The notes under the pieces are model-generated. The model did no database searches, was not told the origin of the DNA, and was given only the letters and a program-made list of their open reading frames with translations. Of a stretch of 64,000 nt of DNA, positions 1-12,818 are shown piece after piece (position 1 is the first letter of the stretch; every line of letters starts with the position of its first letter). A program made the position numbers and the translations under genes. The stretch comes from Eikenella longinqua (GTDB taxonomy: Bacteria > Pseudomonadota > Gammaproteobacteria > Burkholderiales > Neisseriaceae), in assembly GCF_001648355.1 (NCBI RefSeq), contig NZ_LXSL01000028.1:45123-109122 (forward strand), given 5' to 3'.

Positions 1-1650
1 TGCATACCCGATTGGAATTCCTGCGCATCGTTTTCACTACCTCCCTCGAAGTGGCCGCTGTCCGTGCCGGACTGCATGATGTGGCAGATACTGCCGTAAT
101 AGGGGGTGTTGCGCATGGCTTCCATCAATCCGGCGCTGGAAAGCGGGGCTTGGCTGCGGCGCACATGGGCAGCCATCACGCTCAGGCAGGCCACGTCGGC
201 ATCCAGCTCCAGATGGTCGGGTAAGTCGATATATGCAGCCCATTGCGGATTTATCAATAGGCTGCGGATTTGTTTTTGCGCCAAACTCAGCATTTGCGGC
301 TGGCGGAAGGTTTGGCGCGGCAGGGTGTAGCGCTGTTGGGCAACGTGGCGCTTGGGGGCTTCCTGCCCCATCAGGTGTGCCAGATTGGCCGGATCGATGC
401 CCACCAGGTTGCTCAGCTCTTGCTTGAGCAGGAAGGCTAGGGCGGGGGCGGTAATCTGGGTAAGCAGGGGGGCGGCGGTTTTCACCAGCTCGGCCTTGCC
501 TTCTTGGGTGTGCAGGTCTAGATGTTCGGTGAGCGCATCCCATAAATAGGCGGAGAGCGGTTTGCTCTGATGCAACAGCATATCTTCAAAACGCTCGCGG
601 CCGTGTTCGCGCACGTAGCTGTCGGGGTCGTGTCCTTCGGGCAGGAAGAGGAAATGCAGCGATTTGCCGTCTTTGAGCTGGGGCAGGGCGTTTTCCAAGG
701 CGCGCCAGGCGGCTTTGCGGCCGGCGGCGTCGCCATCGAAGCAGAAATAGACGCTGTCGGTGTGGCGCATCAGGATTTTGACGTGCTCGGCGGTGGTGGC
801 GGTGCCGAGCGCGGCCACGCAGTAGCCGATGCCGAACTGTGCCAGTGCCACCACGTCCATATAGCCTTCCACCACCAAAATGCGGCCGGCTTCCTTCACG
901 GCGGCTCGCGCTTCGTGCAGGCCGTAGAGGTTTTTGCCTTTGTCGAACAGCGGGGTGTCGGGTGAATTGAGGTATTTGGGTTTGGAATCGTCGAGCACGC
1001 GGCCGCCGAAGCCGATCACCTGCCCGCTGCTGTTGCGGATGGGGAACATGATGCGGTGGCGGAAGCGGTCGTAGTGGCTGCCGTCTTTTTCGATCACCAT
1101 GCCGCTGTTTACCAGGGCTTCGGAAGGGTAGGGGCTGAAGCTTTGCGCCAGCGGCCGCCAGCTGTCGGGGGCGTAGCCTAAGCCGTAGTGGGCGATGATT
1201 TCGGCGGAGAGGCCGCGTTTTTTCAGGTAGCCTTGGGCGGCTTTGCTGGCGGCCAGTTCGCGTTGGTAGAATGCAGCGGCTTGGGCGGTGGTGTCTTCCA
1301 GGGTTTGCTGGCGTTGTTTGCGGCGGGCGCGTTCGTCGGCGCTTTCCTGCCGGCCGCGCTGCTGCGGCACGACCATGCCGGCGCGGTCGGCGAGGTATTG
1401 CACGGCTTCGGTGAAGCCCAAGCCTTGGTATTCCATCACGAATCCGATGGCCGAGCCGTGTGCGCCGCAGCCGAAGCAGTGGTAGAACTGCTTGCTCGGG
1501 CTGACGGAGAAGGAGGGAGATTTCTCTTTGTGAAACGGGCAGCAGGCCATGTAGTTGGCGCCGCCTTTTTTCAGCGGCACGTGCTCGTCGATGATGTCGA
1601 CGATGTCGGTTTTGGCCAGCAGCTCGTCGATGAATTCGCTGGGAATCATG
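1..1650 (-). CDS. dnaG: DNA primase DnaG, N-terminal ~550 aa; the C-terminus runs off the window start
   Basis: Reverse-strand translation from ATG at 1650 reads MIPSEFIDELLAKTDIVDIIDEHVPLKKGGANYMACCPFHKEKSPSFSVSPSKQFYHCFGCGAHG, the classic DnaG zinc-ribbon motif, followed by TOPRIM-like sequence. It is absent from the ORF track because no stop codon lies inside the window. Confidence 0.8.
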
Positions 1651-1700
1651 GCGGAATCGGCTGCGGTTGGAAAGGGAATGCTGTGGCGGTAACAGGCCTG

Positions 1701-1740
1701 AAGGCTACCTGAAAATCTGCGTTGGGATTTTCAGGTAGCC
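1701..1740. terminator. DUS inverted pair (AGGCTACCTGAAAA ... TTTTCAGGTAGCC), a hairpin terminator downstream of yggX
   Basis: Two DUS copies in opposite orientation separated by 13 nt form a perfect stem. The same architecture recurs after many genes in the window. Confidence 0.6.
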
Positions 1741-1753
1741 TTCTGTGTTTGGT

Positions 1754-2029
1754 TTACTCGGCGGGCGGAACGTAGCCGTGCACGGTGTCGGCGTCGCCGT
1801 CGCCGAAGAAGTAGTTTGCCATCTGCTGGGCGAGGTATTGGCGGGCACGCGGGTCGGCCAGGCTGAGGCGGTTTTCGTTGATGAGCATGGTTTGGTGGCG
1901 CGTCCAGGCGTCCCAGGCTTCTTGCGATACGTTGTCGAAGATGCGCTTGCCCAGCTCGTTGGGCAGAGGCGGGAATTTGAGGCCGGGGGCTTCTTTGCCC
2001 AGTTTGATGCAGTGTACGGTGCGGGTCAT
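1754..2029 (-). CDS. yggX: Fe(II)-trafficking / oxidative-damage protection protein YggX
   Basis: 91 aa with [28 protein letters not shown], the signature of the YggX family. Confidence 0.85.
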   Translation of the reverse strand: MTRTVHCIKLGKEAPGLKFPPLPNELGKRIFDNVSQEAWDAWTRHQTMLINENRLSLADPRARQYLAQQMANYFFGDGDADTVHGYVPPAE

Positions 2030-2082
2030 GAGGTGTCCTGTGGTGTGATGGTTTGAGGGACAGCGTTGGCTGCTGCGGCAGG

Positions 2083-2919
<837 letters not shown>

Positions 2920-2968
2920 TTAACAATCGGGGCGGAAACAGGGTGGCGATTGGATTTGCCAATCGGGT

Positions 2969-3331
2969 TTATTGCTGCGGCTGCTGTTGGCGCAGCTCAT
3001 TGAGCACGTCGCCTTCGGCGCGCACCAGGGAATCGTTTTGATCGAAATGCAGGGTGAGGTTTTTGCGTTCGCGCACTTTGCCGCCGCGGCTCACTTCAAA
3101 CACGTAATCCCAGCGGTTGGCATGCATCGGGTCGCGCAGCAGCGGCGTGCCCAGCAGGTGCTGCACCTGCTCTTTGCTCAAGCCTTGGCGCAGGGCGGCC
3201 ACGGCCTGCAAATCCAGCTCGTTGCCTTGCACGATGGTGAGTTTGTAGGAAGGGAAACGGGCCAGGCGCTCGGTGCTGCAAGCGGCCAAACCGAGGCAGG
3301 CGGCCAGAGCCAGGCAAAGGGATTTGTTCAC
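2969..3331 (-). CDS. bamE: Outer membrane protein assembly factor BamE (SmpA/OmlA lipoprotein)
   Basis: Lipoprotein signal with LAAC|S lipobox and a BamE-like body (SYKLTIVQGNELDLQAVAALRQGLSKEQVQHLLGTPL). GTG start at 3331 chosen; the track ORF extends to 3418 with an Arg-rich implausible leader. Confidence 0.7.
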   Translation of the reverse strand: MNKSLCLALAACLGLAACSTERLARFPSYKLTIVQGNELDLQAVAALRQGLSKEQVQHLLGTPLLRDPMHANRWDYVFEVSRGGKVRERKNLTLHFDQNDSLVRAEGDVLNELRQQQPQQ

Positions 3332-3468
3332 AACTTGACCTTTCGAAAAACGGGAAACAGGGCCGGGGCGCCGCCGCCTTTGCCGGGCAATCAGCGGGCA
3401 GAGAGTGGGCAAGCGCATTAAAAGTGCGTATTATAACGACTATTGACTGATAGTGATATGCATACATC

Positions 3469-3897
3469 ATGGAAAATAACATCGCACAACTCAAAGGCAG
3501 CGGCCTGAAAGTTACCGGCCCGCGCCTGAAAATTCTGGATTTGTTTGAAACCCATGCCGAAGAGCACCTGAGCGCCGAGGATGTGTACCGCATCCTGTTG
3601 GACGAAGGCGTGGAAATCGGCGTGGCCACCATCTACCGCGTGCTCACCCAGTTTGAGCAGGCCGGCATCCTGCTGCGCCACCACTTCGAGAGCGGCAAGG
3701 CGGTATACGAGCTGAACAAGGGCGACCACCACGACCATATCGTGTGCGTGAAATGCGGCAAGGTAACCGAATTCCACAACCCGACCATCGAGAGCCTGCA
3801 AGGCCAGATTGCCGAGGAAAACGGCTACCGCATCGTGGATCACGCGCTGTATCTCTACGGCGTGTGCAGCGCCTGCCAGCAGAAACACCATCTTTAG
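3469..3897 (+). CDS. fur: Ferric uptake regulator Fur
   Basis: 142 aa with [15 protein letters not shown]...[16 protein letters not shown]...C..C, a Fur family member. bamE-fur-aat order matches Neisseria. Confidence 0.95.
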   Translation: MENNIAQLKGSGLKVTGPRLKILDLFETHAEEHLSAEDVYRILLDEGVEIGVATIYRVLTQFEQAGILLRHHFESGKAVYELNKGDHHDHIVCVKCGKVTEFHNPTIESLQGQIAEENGYRIVDHALYLYGVCSACQQKHHL

Positions 3898-3996
3898 GAG
3901 ACGACCGCCCGGCGGCGGCTTGCCGTTTTCAGGTAGCTTTTTCGCGGAAGCAGCTCAATGCTTTGGCGATAGAAACCGCAGGCCGGGGTTCATTTA

Positions 3997-4746
3997 ATGA
4001 CCAATCAAAACCATACAGATATTCCGCTGCTCGCGGCGGACTGCCTGCAATTTCCCGACCCGCGCCCGGCCATCGCCGCACATGAGGGCTTGGTGGCGCT
4101 GAGCCGGGATTTGTCGGCAGAGCGGCTGCTGGCAGCATACAAACAGGGCATCTTCCCGTGGCATGAGGAGGGTGGCCTGTTTTTTTGGTTTGCCACCGCG
4201 CCGCGCACTGTGCTCTACCCCGAGCGGCTGCACATCGGCCGCTCGCTGGCCAAAACGCTGCGGCACAAGCCCTATGCGGTTACCGCCAATCAAAACTTCC
4301 TGGCCGTGATTGCCGCCTGCGCCGCCACGCCGCGGCCGGGGCAGGGCGGCAGTTGGATTGCGCCGAATTTTCAGGTAGCCTACACCGAGCTGCACCGGCT
4401 CGGCCGCGCGCATTCGTTTGAATGCTGGTATCCCGATGAAGACGGGCGGCTGGTGTTGGCCGGCGGGCTCTACGGCGTGCAGATCGGGCGGGTGTTTTTC
4501 GGCGAATCGATGTTTGCCTGGCAGAGCGATGCTTCCAAAATCGCCTTTGCCTGCGCGGTGCCGTTTCTGCAACGCTGCGGCATCAGGCTGATCGACTGCC
4601 AGCAGGATACGCCGCACCTGGCGCGTTTCGGCTCGCAAACCGTGCCGTTCGACGACTTCCAGGCGGCCCTCTCCGAGCTGACGGCGCAGCCGCTGGACAA
4701 GCCGATTACTTCGCACCTGCTCAAGCGGCAGGGCATAAACTGGTGA
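3997..4746 (+). CDS. aat: Leucyl/phenylalanyl-tRNA--protein transferase
   Basis: 249 aa with AYKQGIFPW and ...FWF...[16 protein letters not shown], the L/F-transferase signature. Confidence 0.9.
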   Translation: MTNQNHTDIPLLAADCLQFPDPRPAIAAHEGLVALSRDLSAERLLAAYKQGIFPWHEEGGLFFWFATAPRTVLYPERLHIGRSLAKTLRHKPYAVTANQNFLAVIAACAATPRPGQGGSWIAPNFQVAYTELHRLGRAHSFECWYPDEDGRLVLAGGLYGVQIGRVFFGESMFAWQSDASKIAFACAVPFLQRCGIRLIDCQQDTPHLARFGSQTVPFDDFQAALSELTAQPLDKPITSHLLKRQGINW

Positions 4747-4870
4747 AGGCAGTTCGCAAGAAGCGTTTTGCATGGCACAATACGCCCCTTTCAGGCTACC
4801 TGAAAAATCCGATTGATCGTTTTCAGGTAGCCTTCCCTTTCCCCATCCAACCCAATCATAAGGAAAAACC

Positions 4871-5692
4871 ATGTCATTACAAAACACCATCGAAACCGCA
4901 TTTGAACAGCGCGCCGAAATCACCCCGGCCAGCGTTTCCGCCGAAGTGAAGGAAGCTGTGCTGGAAACCCTGTACCGTTTGGATTCCGGCAGCCTGCGCG
5001 TGGCCGAGCGGCTGGGCGTGGGGGAATGGAAGGTAAACGAGTGGGCGAAGAAGGCCGTGCTGCTCTCTTTCCGCATTGCAGACAATGAAGTATCCAGCGA
5101 CGGCGTGAGCAAGTATTTCGACAAAGTGCCCACCAAGTTTGCCGATTGGATTCCGCAGCAGTTTCAGGTGGCCGGCTTCCGTGCGGTGCCCGGTGCGGTG
5201 GCCCGGCGCGGCAGCTTTATCGGCAAGAATGTGGTGTTGATGCCTTCTTATGTGAACATCGGCGCCTATGTGGACGAAGGCACGATGGTGGACACTTGGG
5301 CCACCGTGGGCTCCTGCGCGCAAATCGGCAAAAACGTGCACCTGAGCGGCGGCGTGGGCATCGGCGGCGTGCTGGAGCCTTTGCAGGCTTCGCCCACCAT
5401 CATTGAAGACAACTGCTTCATCGGCGCACGCAGCGAAATCGTGGAAGGCGTGATTGTGGAAGAGGGCAGCGTGATTTCCATGGGCGTGTATATCGGCCAA
5501 TCCACCAAGATTTTCGACCGCGAAACGGGCGAAATTCACTACGGCCGCGTGCCTGCCGGCTCGGTGGTGGTGTCCGGCAGCCTGCCGAGCAAAGACGGCT
5601 CGCACAGCCTCTACTGCGCCGTGATTGTGAAAAAGGTGGATGCGCAAACCCGCGCCAAAACCAGCGTGAACGATTTGCTGCGCGGCGTGTGA
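4871..5692 (+). CDS. dapD: 2,3,4,5-tetrahydropyridine-2,6-dicarboxylate N-succinyltransferase
   Basis: 273 aa with hexapeptide-repeat C-terminus and [63 protein letters not shown]. Confidence 0.9.
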   Translation: MSLQNTIETAFEQRAEITPASVSAEVKEAVLETLYRLDSGSLRVAERLGVGEWKVNEWAKKAVLLSFRIADNEVSSDGVSKYFDKVPTKFADWIPQQFQVAGFRAVPGAVARRGSFIGKNVVLMPSYVNIGAYVDEGTMVDTWATVGSCAQIGKNVHLSGGVGIGGVLEPLQASPTIIEDNCFIGARSEIVEGVIVEEGSVISMGVYIGQSTKIFDRETGEIHYGRVPAGSVVVSGSLPSKDGSHSLYCAVIVKKVDAQTRAKTSVNDLLRGV

Positions 5693-5812
5693 TGCACTGA
5701 TTTGCTGCTGTAATGTTTTTCAGGTAGCCTTTCTTCGCGAACAGGCTACCTGAAAACATTAGTTTCAGCGAAGCTAAAAATATCCGCCTCACTCCACACA
5801 AAAGGAACCCCC

Positions 5813-6409
5813 ATGCGCGCACTGCTCCTAATCGATATCCAAAACGACTTCATGCCAAGCGGCCGCCTGCCCGTGGCCGGGGGCGACGCCATCGTTGAGC
5901 CGGTAAACCGCATCATCGGCGATTACCCGCTGGTGGTCGCCTCGCAAGACTGGCACCCCGCCGGCCACGAAAGCTTCGCCTCTGCCCACCCCGGCAAACA
6001 GCCTTTCGACATCATCAACCTGCACGGCCTGGAGCAAGTGCTGTGGCCGGACCACTGCATTGCCGGCAGCAGCGGCGCCGAGTTTCACCCCGCGCTCAAC
6101 ACCGCGCCCATCGCCGCCGTGTTCCGCAAAGGCATGGACAAGCACACCGACAGCTACAGCGCCTTCTACGACAACGGCCGCCGCCACAACACCCGGCTCG
6201 CCGACTACCTGCGCGCCCACGGCGTAACCGATATCGATGTGGTGGGATTGGCTGCTGACTTCTGCGTGTATTTCAGCATTGCCGACGCGCTCTCCGAAGG
6301 CTTCCGCGTGCGCCTGCTGGAGCACGCCACACGCGCCATCGATGCCGAAGGCTTCGCCAAGAAAAAGGCCGAGCTGCTCGCGCACCCCAATTTCTCGCTG
6401 GCGGATTAG
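5813..6409 (+). CDS. pncA: Nicotinamidase/pyrazinamidase (isochorismatase family)
   Basis: 198 aa. ALLLIDIQNDF, the D...K...C triad (DFCV) and metal-binding DWHP. Confidence 0.8.
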   Translation: MRALLLIDIQNDFMPSGRLPVAGGDAIVEPVNRIIGDYPLVVASQDWHPAGHESFASAHPGKQPFDIINLHGLEQVLWPDHCIAGSSGAEFHPALNTAPIAAVFRKGMDKHTDSYSAFYDNGRRHNTRLADYLRAHGVTDIDVVGLAADFCVYFSIADALSEGFRVRLLEHATRAIDAEGFAKKKAELLAHPNFSLAD

Positions 6410-6552
6410 CCCTCAGCCCGCCATATTTTTCAGGTAGCCTTGGATGACATAGAGGCTACCTGAAAAATTTTAGCCCATGCCGCATCTGACAGCCGCCCGC
6501 GCTTTCGGGTAAAATCCGCCCCATATCATTATTTTTCAGGTAGCCCCAAACC

Positions 6553-8253
<1,701 letters not shown>

Positions 8254-8278
8254 GCCCGGCCGCATAGCAGGGCAGGGC

Positions 8279-8322
8279 AAAGGCTACCTGAAAACGGCTT
8301 GAATAGTTTTCAGGTAGCCTGA
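8279..8322. terminator. DUS inverted pair terminator after glnS
   Basis: AGGCTACCTGAAAACGGCTTGAATAGTTTTCAGGTAGCCT perfect hairpin. Confidence 0.6.
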
Positions 8323-8339
8323 ATCATTCCGCGATAACT

Positions 8340-8672
8340 ATGATGAAAGCACCGTCATCCAAAGCATTGGATTATCTCGCCTATATCGGTATCGGCTGCA
8401 TGCTGATTGGGTGGCTGACCGATTTCTCGTTTTCTGCCTGGCTGGGCATTCCGTGGGCGATATTCACGTTTGCAGGCGTAACCGTGCTGATGCCTTTTGT
8501 GCCCAAAATCTGGCAGCGCATGCCGGCCGGCGCATTGTGGTTTGCCACCATCCCGCTCGGCTTCGGCGCGGCCTTGTCGCCCAACTTGATGATTCCCTTT
8601 GCTGTTGTCGGCGCGATTTATGCGGTGAACACGATGTGGTTTCTCCAAATATTGGAAGGTTTCTCCAATTAA
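8340..8672 (+). CDS. Hypothetical small integral membrane protein (3 predicted TM helices)
   Basis: 110 aa, strongly hydrophobic segments, native GC. No family recognised. Confidence 0.5.
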   Translation: MMKAPSSKALDYLAYIGIGCMLIGWLTDFSFSAWLGIPWAIFTFAGVTVLMPFVPKIWQRMPAGALWFATIPLGFGAALSPNLMIPFAVVGAIYAVNTMWFLQILEGFSN

Positions 8673-8847
8673 ACGGGATTTGCTTTCGGCATTTGGCATT
8701 TTCAGGTAGTCTGTTTATCTGGTTTGGAAAAATGAGGGCTTGGGCTACCTGAAAAAGGAGAAGCCAACCATGCATCTCGAAGGCTACCTGAAAACGCGTC
8801 AAACCGTTTTCAGGTAGCCTTTTGCATTGAGAAAAACTAAGCCCGCT

Positions 8848-8872
8848 ATACTTGACTAAATTACTTGGGTAT
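8848..8872 (+). promoter_or_regulatory. Candidate type-1 IscR binding site upstream of iscR
   Basis: ATACTTGACTAAATTACTTGGGTAT matches the recalled type-1 IscR consensus ATASYYGACTRWWWYAGTCRRSTAT at 23 of 25 positions. It lies 43 nt upstream of the iscR start. Confidence 0.55.
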
Positions 8873-8914
8873 TAGACAATCCGCCTCCCAAGACGCAGTA
8901 CACACACCAGCCCT

Positions 8915-9364
8915 ATGCGATTGACCACCAAAGGCCGTTTTGCCGTAACCGCCATGCTCGATTTGGCACTGTACGGGCGCGAAAACCCCGTCAGCCTCAA
9001 CGCCGTGAGCGGCCGGCAGCATATTTCCCTCTCCTATTTGGAGCAGCTTTTCGGCAAGCTGCGGCGCGCCGGCCTGGTGGAGAGCGTGCGCGGGCCCGGC
9101 GGCGGCTACCTGCTCAGCAGAAAGCCCGAGCTCATCAACATCGGCGAAATCATCCACGCCGCCGAAGACAAGCTCGACGCCACCCATTGCGGCGGGCAAA
9201 GCAACTGCCGCGAAGGCATGCCCTGCCTCACCCACGATTTGTGGGAAAACCTAAACCGCACCATCAACGACTACCTGCACAGCGTTTCCCTGCAAGACGT
9301 GCTTGATAAAAAGCAAACCCGCCACCATCATACCGCCACAGTAGATTTAACCCATATCCGATAA
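8915..9364 (+). CDS. iscR: Fe-S cluster assembly transcriptional regulator IscR (Rrf2 family)
   Basis: 149 aa. [19 protein letters not shown]...[30 protein letters not shown] and three C-terminal Cys. Confidence 0.9.
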   Translation: MRLTTKGRFAVTAMLDLALYGRENPVSLNAVSGRQHISLSYLEQLFGKLRRAGLVESVRGPGGGYLLSRKPELINIGEIIHAAEDKLDATHCGGQSNCREGMPCLTHDLWENLNRTINDYLHSVSLQDVLDKKQTRHHHTATVDLTHIR

Positions 9365-9392
9365 CCACACACCACCAACCAAAGAGCCAATC

Positions 9393-10607
9393 ATGACCAA
9401 ACACGCCCCCATCTACCTCGACTACGCCGCCACCACCCCCGTTGACCAACGCGTGGCCGCAAAAATGATCCCCTATCTGACCGAAACCTTCGGCAACCCC
9501 GCCTCCAACAGCCACGCCTTCGGCTGGGTGGCGGAAGAGGCCGTGGAGAAAGCCCGTGCCGACATCGCCGCCCTGATTAACGCCGACCCGAAAGAAATCG
9601 TCTTTACCAGCGGCGCGACCGAGTCCGACAACCTCGCCATTAAAGGCGCGGCGCACTTCTACCAATCCAAAGGCAAGCACCTCATCACCGTCAAAACCGA
9701 ACACAAGGCCGTGCTCGACACCATGCGCGAACTGGAACGCCAAGGCTTTGAAGTAACCTATCTCGGCGTGAAAGAAAACGGCCTGATTGATTTGGACGAG
9801 CTCAAAGCCGCCATCCGCCCCGACACCATCCTGATTTCCGTGATGTGGGTGAACAACGAAATCGGCGTGGTGCAGGACATTCCCGCCATCGGCGAAATCT
9901 GCCGCGAACGCAAAATCATCTTCCATGTGGATGCCGCCCAAGCCTGCGGCAAAGTGCCGGTGGATGTGGAAGCCGGCAAAGTGGATTTATTGTCCATGTC
10001 CGGCCACAAAGTCTATGGACCCAAAGGCATCGGCGCGCTGTATGTGCGCCGCAAACCGCGCGTGCGCCTCGAAGCGCAAATGCACGGCGGCGGCCACGAA
10101 CGCGGCTTCCGCAGCGGCACCCTGCCGACCCACCAAATTGTCGGCATGGGCGAAGCCTTCCGCATCGCCAAAGAAGAACTCGAACAAGACATGGCGCACT
10201 ACCGCAAACTGCGCGACATCTTCCTCAAAGGCATCGAAGGCATCGAAGAAGTCTATATCAACGGCGACCTCGAACACCGCGCTCCGAACAACCTGAATGT
10301 CAGCTTCAACTTCGTGGAAGGCGAAAGCCTGATTATGGCAGTGAAGGAACTCGCCGTATCCAGCGGCTCGGCCTGCACATCGGCCAGTCTCGAACCCAGC
10401 TACGTTTTGCGCGCGCTCGGCCGCAACGACGAATTGGCGCATTCATCGCTGCGCATCACCTTCGGCCGCATGACCACCGAAGAAGAAGCTGCCTACGCCG
10501 CCGAGCTGATTAAATCCAAAATCGGCAAACTGCGCGAACTGTCGCCCTTGTGGGAGATGTTTAAGGAAGGGATTGATTTGAATACGGTGGAATGGGCAGA
10601 GCATTAA
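9393..10607 (+). CDS. iscS: Cysteine desulfurase IscS
   Basis: 404 aa with [21 protein letters not shown]-lysine region, SSGSACTS active-site Cys loop and C-terminal WAEH. Confidence 0.95.
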   Translation: MTKHAPIYLDYAATTPVDQRVAAKMIPYLTETFGNPASNSHAFGWVAEEAVEKARADIAALINADPKEIVFTSGATESDNLAIKGAAHFYQSKGKHLITVKTEHKAVLDTMRELERQGFEVTYLGVKENGLIDLDELKAAIRPDTILISVMWVNNEIGVVQDIPAIGEICRERKIIFHVDAAQACGKVPVDVEAGKVDLLSMSGHKVYGPKGIGALYVRRKPRVRLEAQMHGGGHERGFRSGTLPTHQIVGMGEAFRIAKEELEQDMAHYRKLRDIFLKGIEGIEEVYINGDLEHRAPNNLNVSFNFVEGESLIMAVKELAVSSGSACTSASLEPSYVLRALGRNDELAHSSLRITFGRMTTEEEAAYAAELIKSKIGKLRELSPLWEMFKEGIDLNTVEWAEH

Positions 10608-10611
10608 GAAT

Positions 10612-11049
10612 ATGGAACAGCAAATTATTGAACTTGGAGTTCGGTTAACGGAAACATTAACCAAAAACACTGCTTCTGCAATTTTAGCGAAAATACAATC
10701 TATAAAAATAAAAAAGGATGATAAAGAAACAATTAATCAATTAGAGGAAATTATACAAGATTTAATTGCTGATAAAAATGAATTAACTCAGATTGCTCAG
10801 GCATATCAACAAGAAATAGCTGCTCAAAAAATTAATGAGAGCGAATTAAATTATATTACTTCTAGTTTAATTCCTAAGATTCAATCTTTGATGGAAGCTA
10901 GTGGACAAAGTCATGAAGAATTAAATAATGCAGTGAAGATTTTATCTCCATTAGTTTCGAAAGAAACATTAACAATTCTTCAGTTATTAGGGTTTAATTT
11001 TAAAAAGGCTATTGGAGAGCCATTGACTTCTTTGGTTAGAGAGAGATGA
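10612..11049 (+). CDS. Hypothetical all-helical protein, about 30% GC (foreign), inserted between iscS and iscU
   Basis: 145 aa ORF starts 4 nt after the iscS stop. Its AT-rich codons are completely unlike the host. No recognisable motif. Confidence 0.55.
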   Translation: MEQQIIELGVRLTETLTKNTASAILAKIQSIKIKKDDKETINQLEEIIQDLIADKNELTQIAQAYQQEIAAQKINESELNYITSSLIPKIQSLMEASGQSHEELNNAVKILSPLVSKETLTILQLLGFNFKKAIGEPLTSLVRER

Positions 11050-11095
11050 TTTTAACTAAATTGCCACCAGATACAGAGTTACAGAAACTACAGAT

Positions 11096-11122
11096 TCACT
11101 TGCAACTAGAGCAGTTGCAAGT
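11096..11122. repeat. Perfect 11-bp inverted repeat hairpin CACTTGCAACT-agagc-AGTTGCAAGTG in the low-GC insert
   Basis: Seen directly in the sequence. No T-tract follows, so it is not a classical terminator. Confidence 0.5.
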
Positions 11123-11257
11123 GATAAGTCAGAATCTAGAGTTGCTACATAAATCTAATGACTCTTGAATTGAGTAAGCATAACTTGGGTTGTAAACTCA
11201 ACAAAAAGAAAACTCCTTTTTTATGTAGCCTGAAGACTAACAAACCAAGGACACTCC

Positions 11258-11389
11258 ATGAGCCAAAAAGACGATTTAGATCTCGACAACCTCGATAGCC
11301 TGCTTGAAGACTTTGACGGCGTAACCGTAGAAGGCGGCGTCGATTCCGAAAACGACGACGGCTGCGAAGGCGGCGCGTGCAAAATCTAG
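11258..11389 (+). CDS. Small acidic Cys-containing peptide (43 aa) MSQKDDLDLDNLDSLLEDFDGVTVEGGVDSENDDGCEGGACKI
   Basis: AAGGA ribosome-binding site 8 nt upstream of ATG, host-like GC. Below the 60-aa track cutoff. Position inside the isc operon. Confidence 0.4.
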   Translation: MSQKDDLDLDNLDSLLEDFDGVTVEGGVDSENDDGCEGGACKI

Positions 11390-11404
11390 CTGCCCCGTTT
11401 GCAC

Positions 11405-11525
11405 TGCTTGGCAGTGGATATTTTTAGCTTCGTTGAAGCTGCGATTTAGCTTCGCAGAAACTCAGCCTTGCTTCGCAGGACATCGATCCACTTCGTTGAA
11501 GCTACGTTTTCAGGTAGCCTCCACA
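11405..11525. repeat. Composite small-repeat element (TTTAGCTTCGCAGAAACTC / GCCTTGCT.CGCAAGACATCG / ACTTCGTTGAAGCT modules) ending in a DUS
   Basis: The same modules recur at about 16450, 17460, 28575-28705, 32696-32832, 39875-39958, 43537-43600, 48335-48462 and, reversed, 49790, 55400-55480, 63805. Confidence 0.6.
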
Positions 11526-11571
11526 CCTAAACACCACAAACCACCACATCTCAAACAAAAAGGAAACCATC

Positions 11572-11955
11572 ATGGCATACAGCGACAAAGTCATCGATCA
11601 TTATGAAAACCCCCGCAACGTCGGCACGTTCGACAAAAACGACCAATCCGTCGGCACCGGCATGGTGGGCGCGCCCGCCTGCGGCGACGTGATGCGCCTG
11701 CAAATCAAAGTGAACGACCAAGGCATCATCGAAGATGCCAAATTCAAAACCTACGGCTGCGGCTCCGCCATCGCTTCCTCCAGCCTGATTACCGAATGGG
11801 TGAAAGGCAAAAGCTTGGATGACGCACTCGCCATTAAAAACAGCGAAATCGCCGAAGAGCTGGAACTGCCTCCCGTGAAAATCCACTGCTCCATCCTCGC
11901 CGAAGACGCCGTGAAAGCCGCTGTGGCCGACTACAAAAAGAAACACGGAGCCTAA
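11572..11955 (+). CDS. iscU: Fe-S cluster assembly scaffold IscU
   Basis: 127 aa. VGAPACGDVMRLQIKV...KFKTYGCGSAIASSS...IHCSILAEDAIKAA. Confidence 0.95.
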   Translation: MAYSDKVIDHYENPRNVGTFDKNDQSVGTGMVGAPACGDVMRLQIKVNDQGIIEDAKFKTYGCGSAIASSSLITEWVKGKSLDDALAIKNSEIAEELELPPVKIHCSILAEDAVKAAVADYKKKHGA

Positions 11956-11956
11956 G

Positions 11957-12223
11957 ATGGCCGGCGGCTGGGCGCCCGACGGCGCGGAACAGGCGCAAAT
12001 CGACGCCAATTTAGACGACGCACTCGCCGCCGCCCGGCAAAACCTGCCCAGCGGCGAGAGCGCCCGCGAATGCGACGAATGCGGCGAGCCGATACCCGAA
12101 GCCCGCCGCCAAGCCCTGCCCGGCGTGCGCCTGTGCATTGCCTGCCAAGAAGAAGCCGACAAACAGCAGCAGTTCCGCCTCGCCTACAACCGTCGCGGCA
12201 GCAAAGACAGCCAGCTCAAATAG
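11957..12223 (+). CDS. DksA/TraR-family C4-type zinc-finger protein
   Basis: 88 aa. CDECGEPIPEARRQALPGVRLCIACQ is the TraR/DksA four-Cys finger. ATG lies 2 nt after the iscU stop. Confidence 0.75.
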   Translation: MAGGWAPDGAEQAQIDANLDDALAAARQNLPSGESARECDECGEPIPEARRQALPGVRLCIACQEEADKQQQFRLAYNRRGSKDSQLK

Positions 12224-12298
12224 GCTACCTGAAAAAGGCTACCTGAAAATCCGCCGCACACCTCAGCCGATTTCCCCGTTTCACTTCGAAAGCCCACC

Positions 12299-12811
12299 AT
12301 GAAAACACTCGCCCTCACCGCCGCCGTCCTCCTGCTCGCCTCAGGCTGCGCCATCGAAAATTTCGACAACGGCATCCCCGTCAAAACCGGCCAGCGCACC
12401 CTGTCCAACCGCGCCACCAACGCCATGAGCGCCATGCTCGTGCGCAACTCCTGCCGCAAAGTCGAAGCCGCCAACTACCCGCTGCCCGCCGGCACACCCA
12501 ACGGCGCCTTCACCTCCAAACGCAACGCCCAAGGCGGCTACTACCGCACCGTTGCCCGCAACGGCTACGCCTCGCAGTATCTGGAAACCTTCTACGCCAA
12601 CGGCAAAACCAGCGCCCGCGTCGAGCTCAACGCCAACGGCCTGGCCGAAGGCTGGTCGAACGCCTACGACGAACAAGGCAGGCTGCGCACCCGCATGCTC
12701 TACCGCGACGGCTACACTACCCGCTCGCAAGCCTACAACACCCAAAACGGCCAAATCGAGCGCGACAACCTCATCGACTGCGCCGCCGGCACCATCACCC
12801 CCGCCCGCTAA
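12299..12811 (+). CDS. Lipoprotein with MORN/YwqK-like repeats
   Basis: LLASGC lipobox, then repeated YxxGxxxG-type units (YYRTVARNGYASQYLETFYANGKTSARVELNANGLAEGWSNAYDEQGRLRTRMLYRDGY). Confidence 0.65.
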   Translation: MKTLALTAAVLLLASGCAIENFDNGIPVKTGQRTLSNRATNAMSAMLVRNSCRKVEAANYPLPAGTPNGAFTSKRNAQGGYYRTVARNGYASQYLETFYANGKTSARVELNANGLAEGWSNAYDEQGRLRTRMLYRDGYTTRSQAYNTQNGQIERDNLIDCAAGTITPAR

Positions 12812-12818
12812 ATCCGCC

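Noticed and set aside
3419-3468. Fur box in the bamE-fur intergenic region (GATAGTGATATGCATA)
   Set aside because: Only a loose resemblance to the Fur consensus. Too weak to call without a matrix scan.
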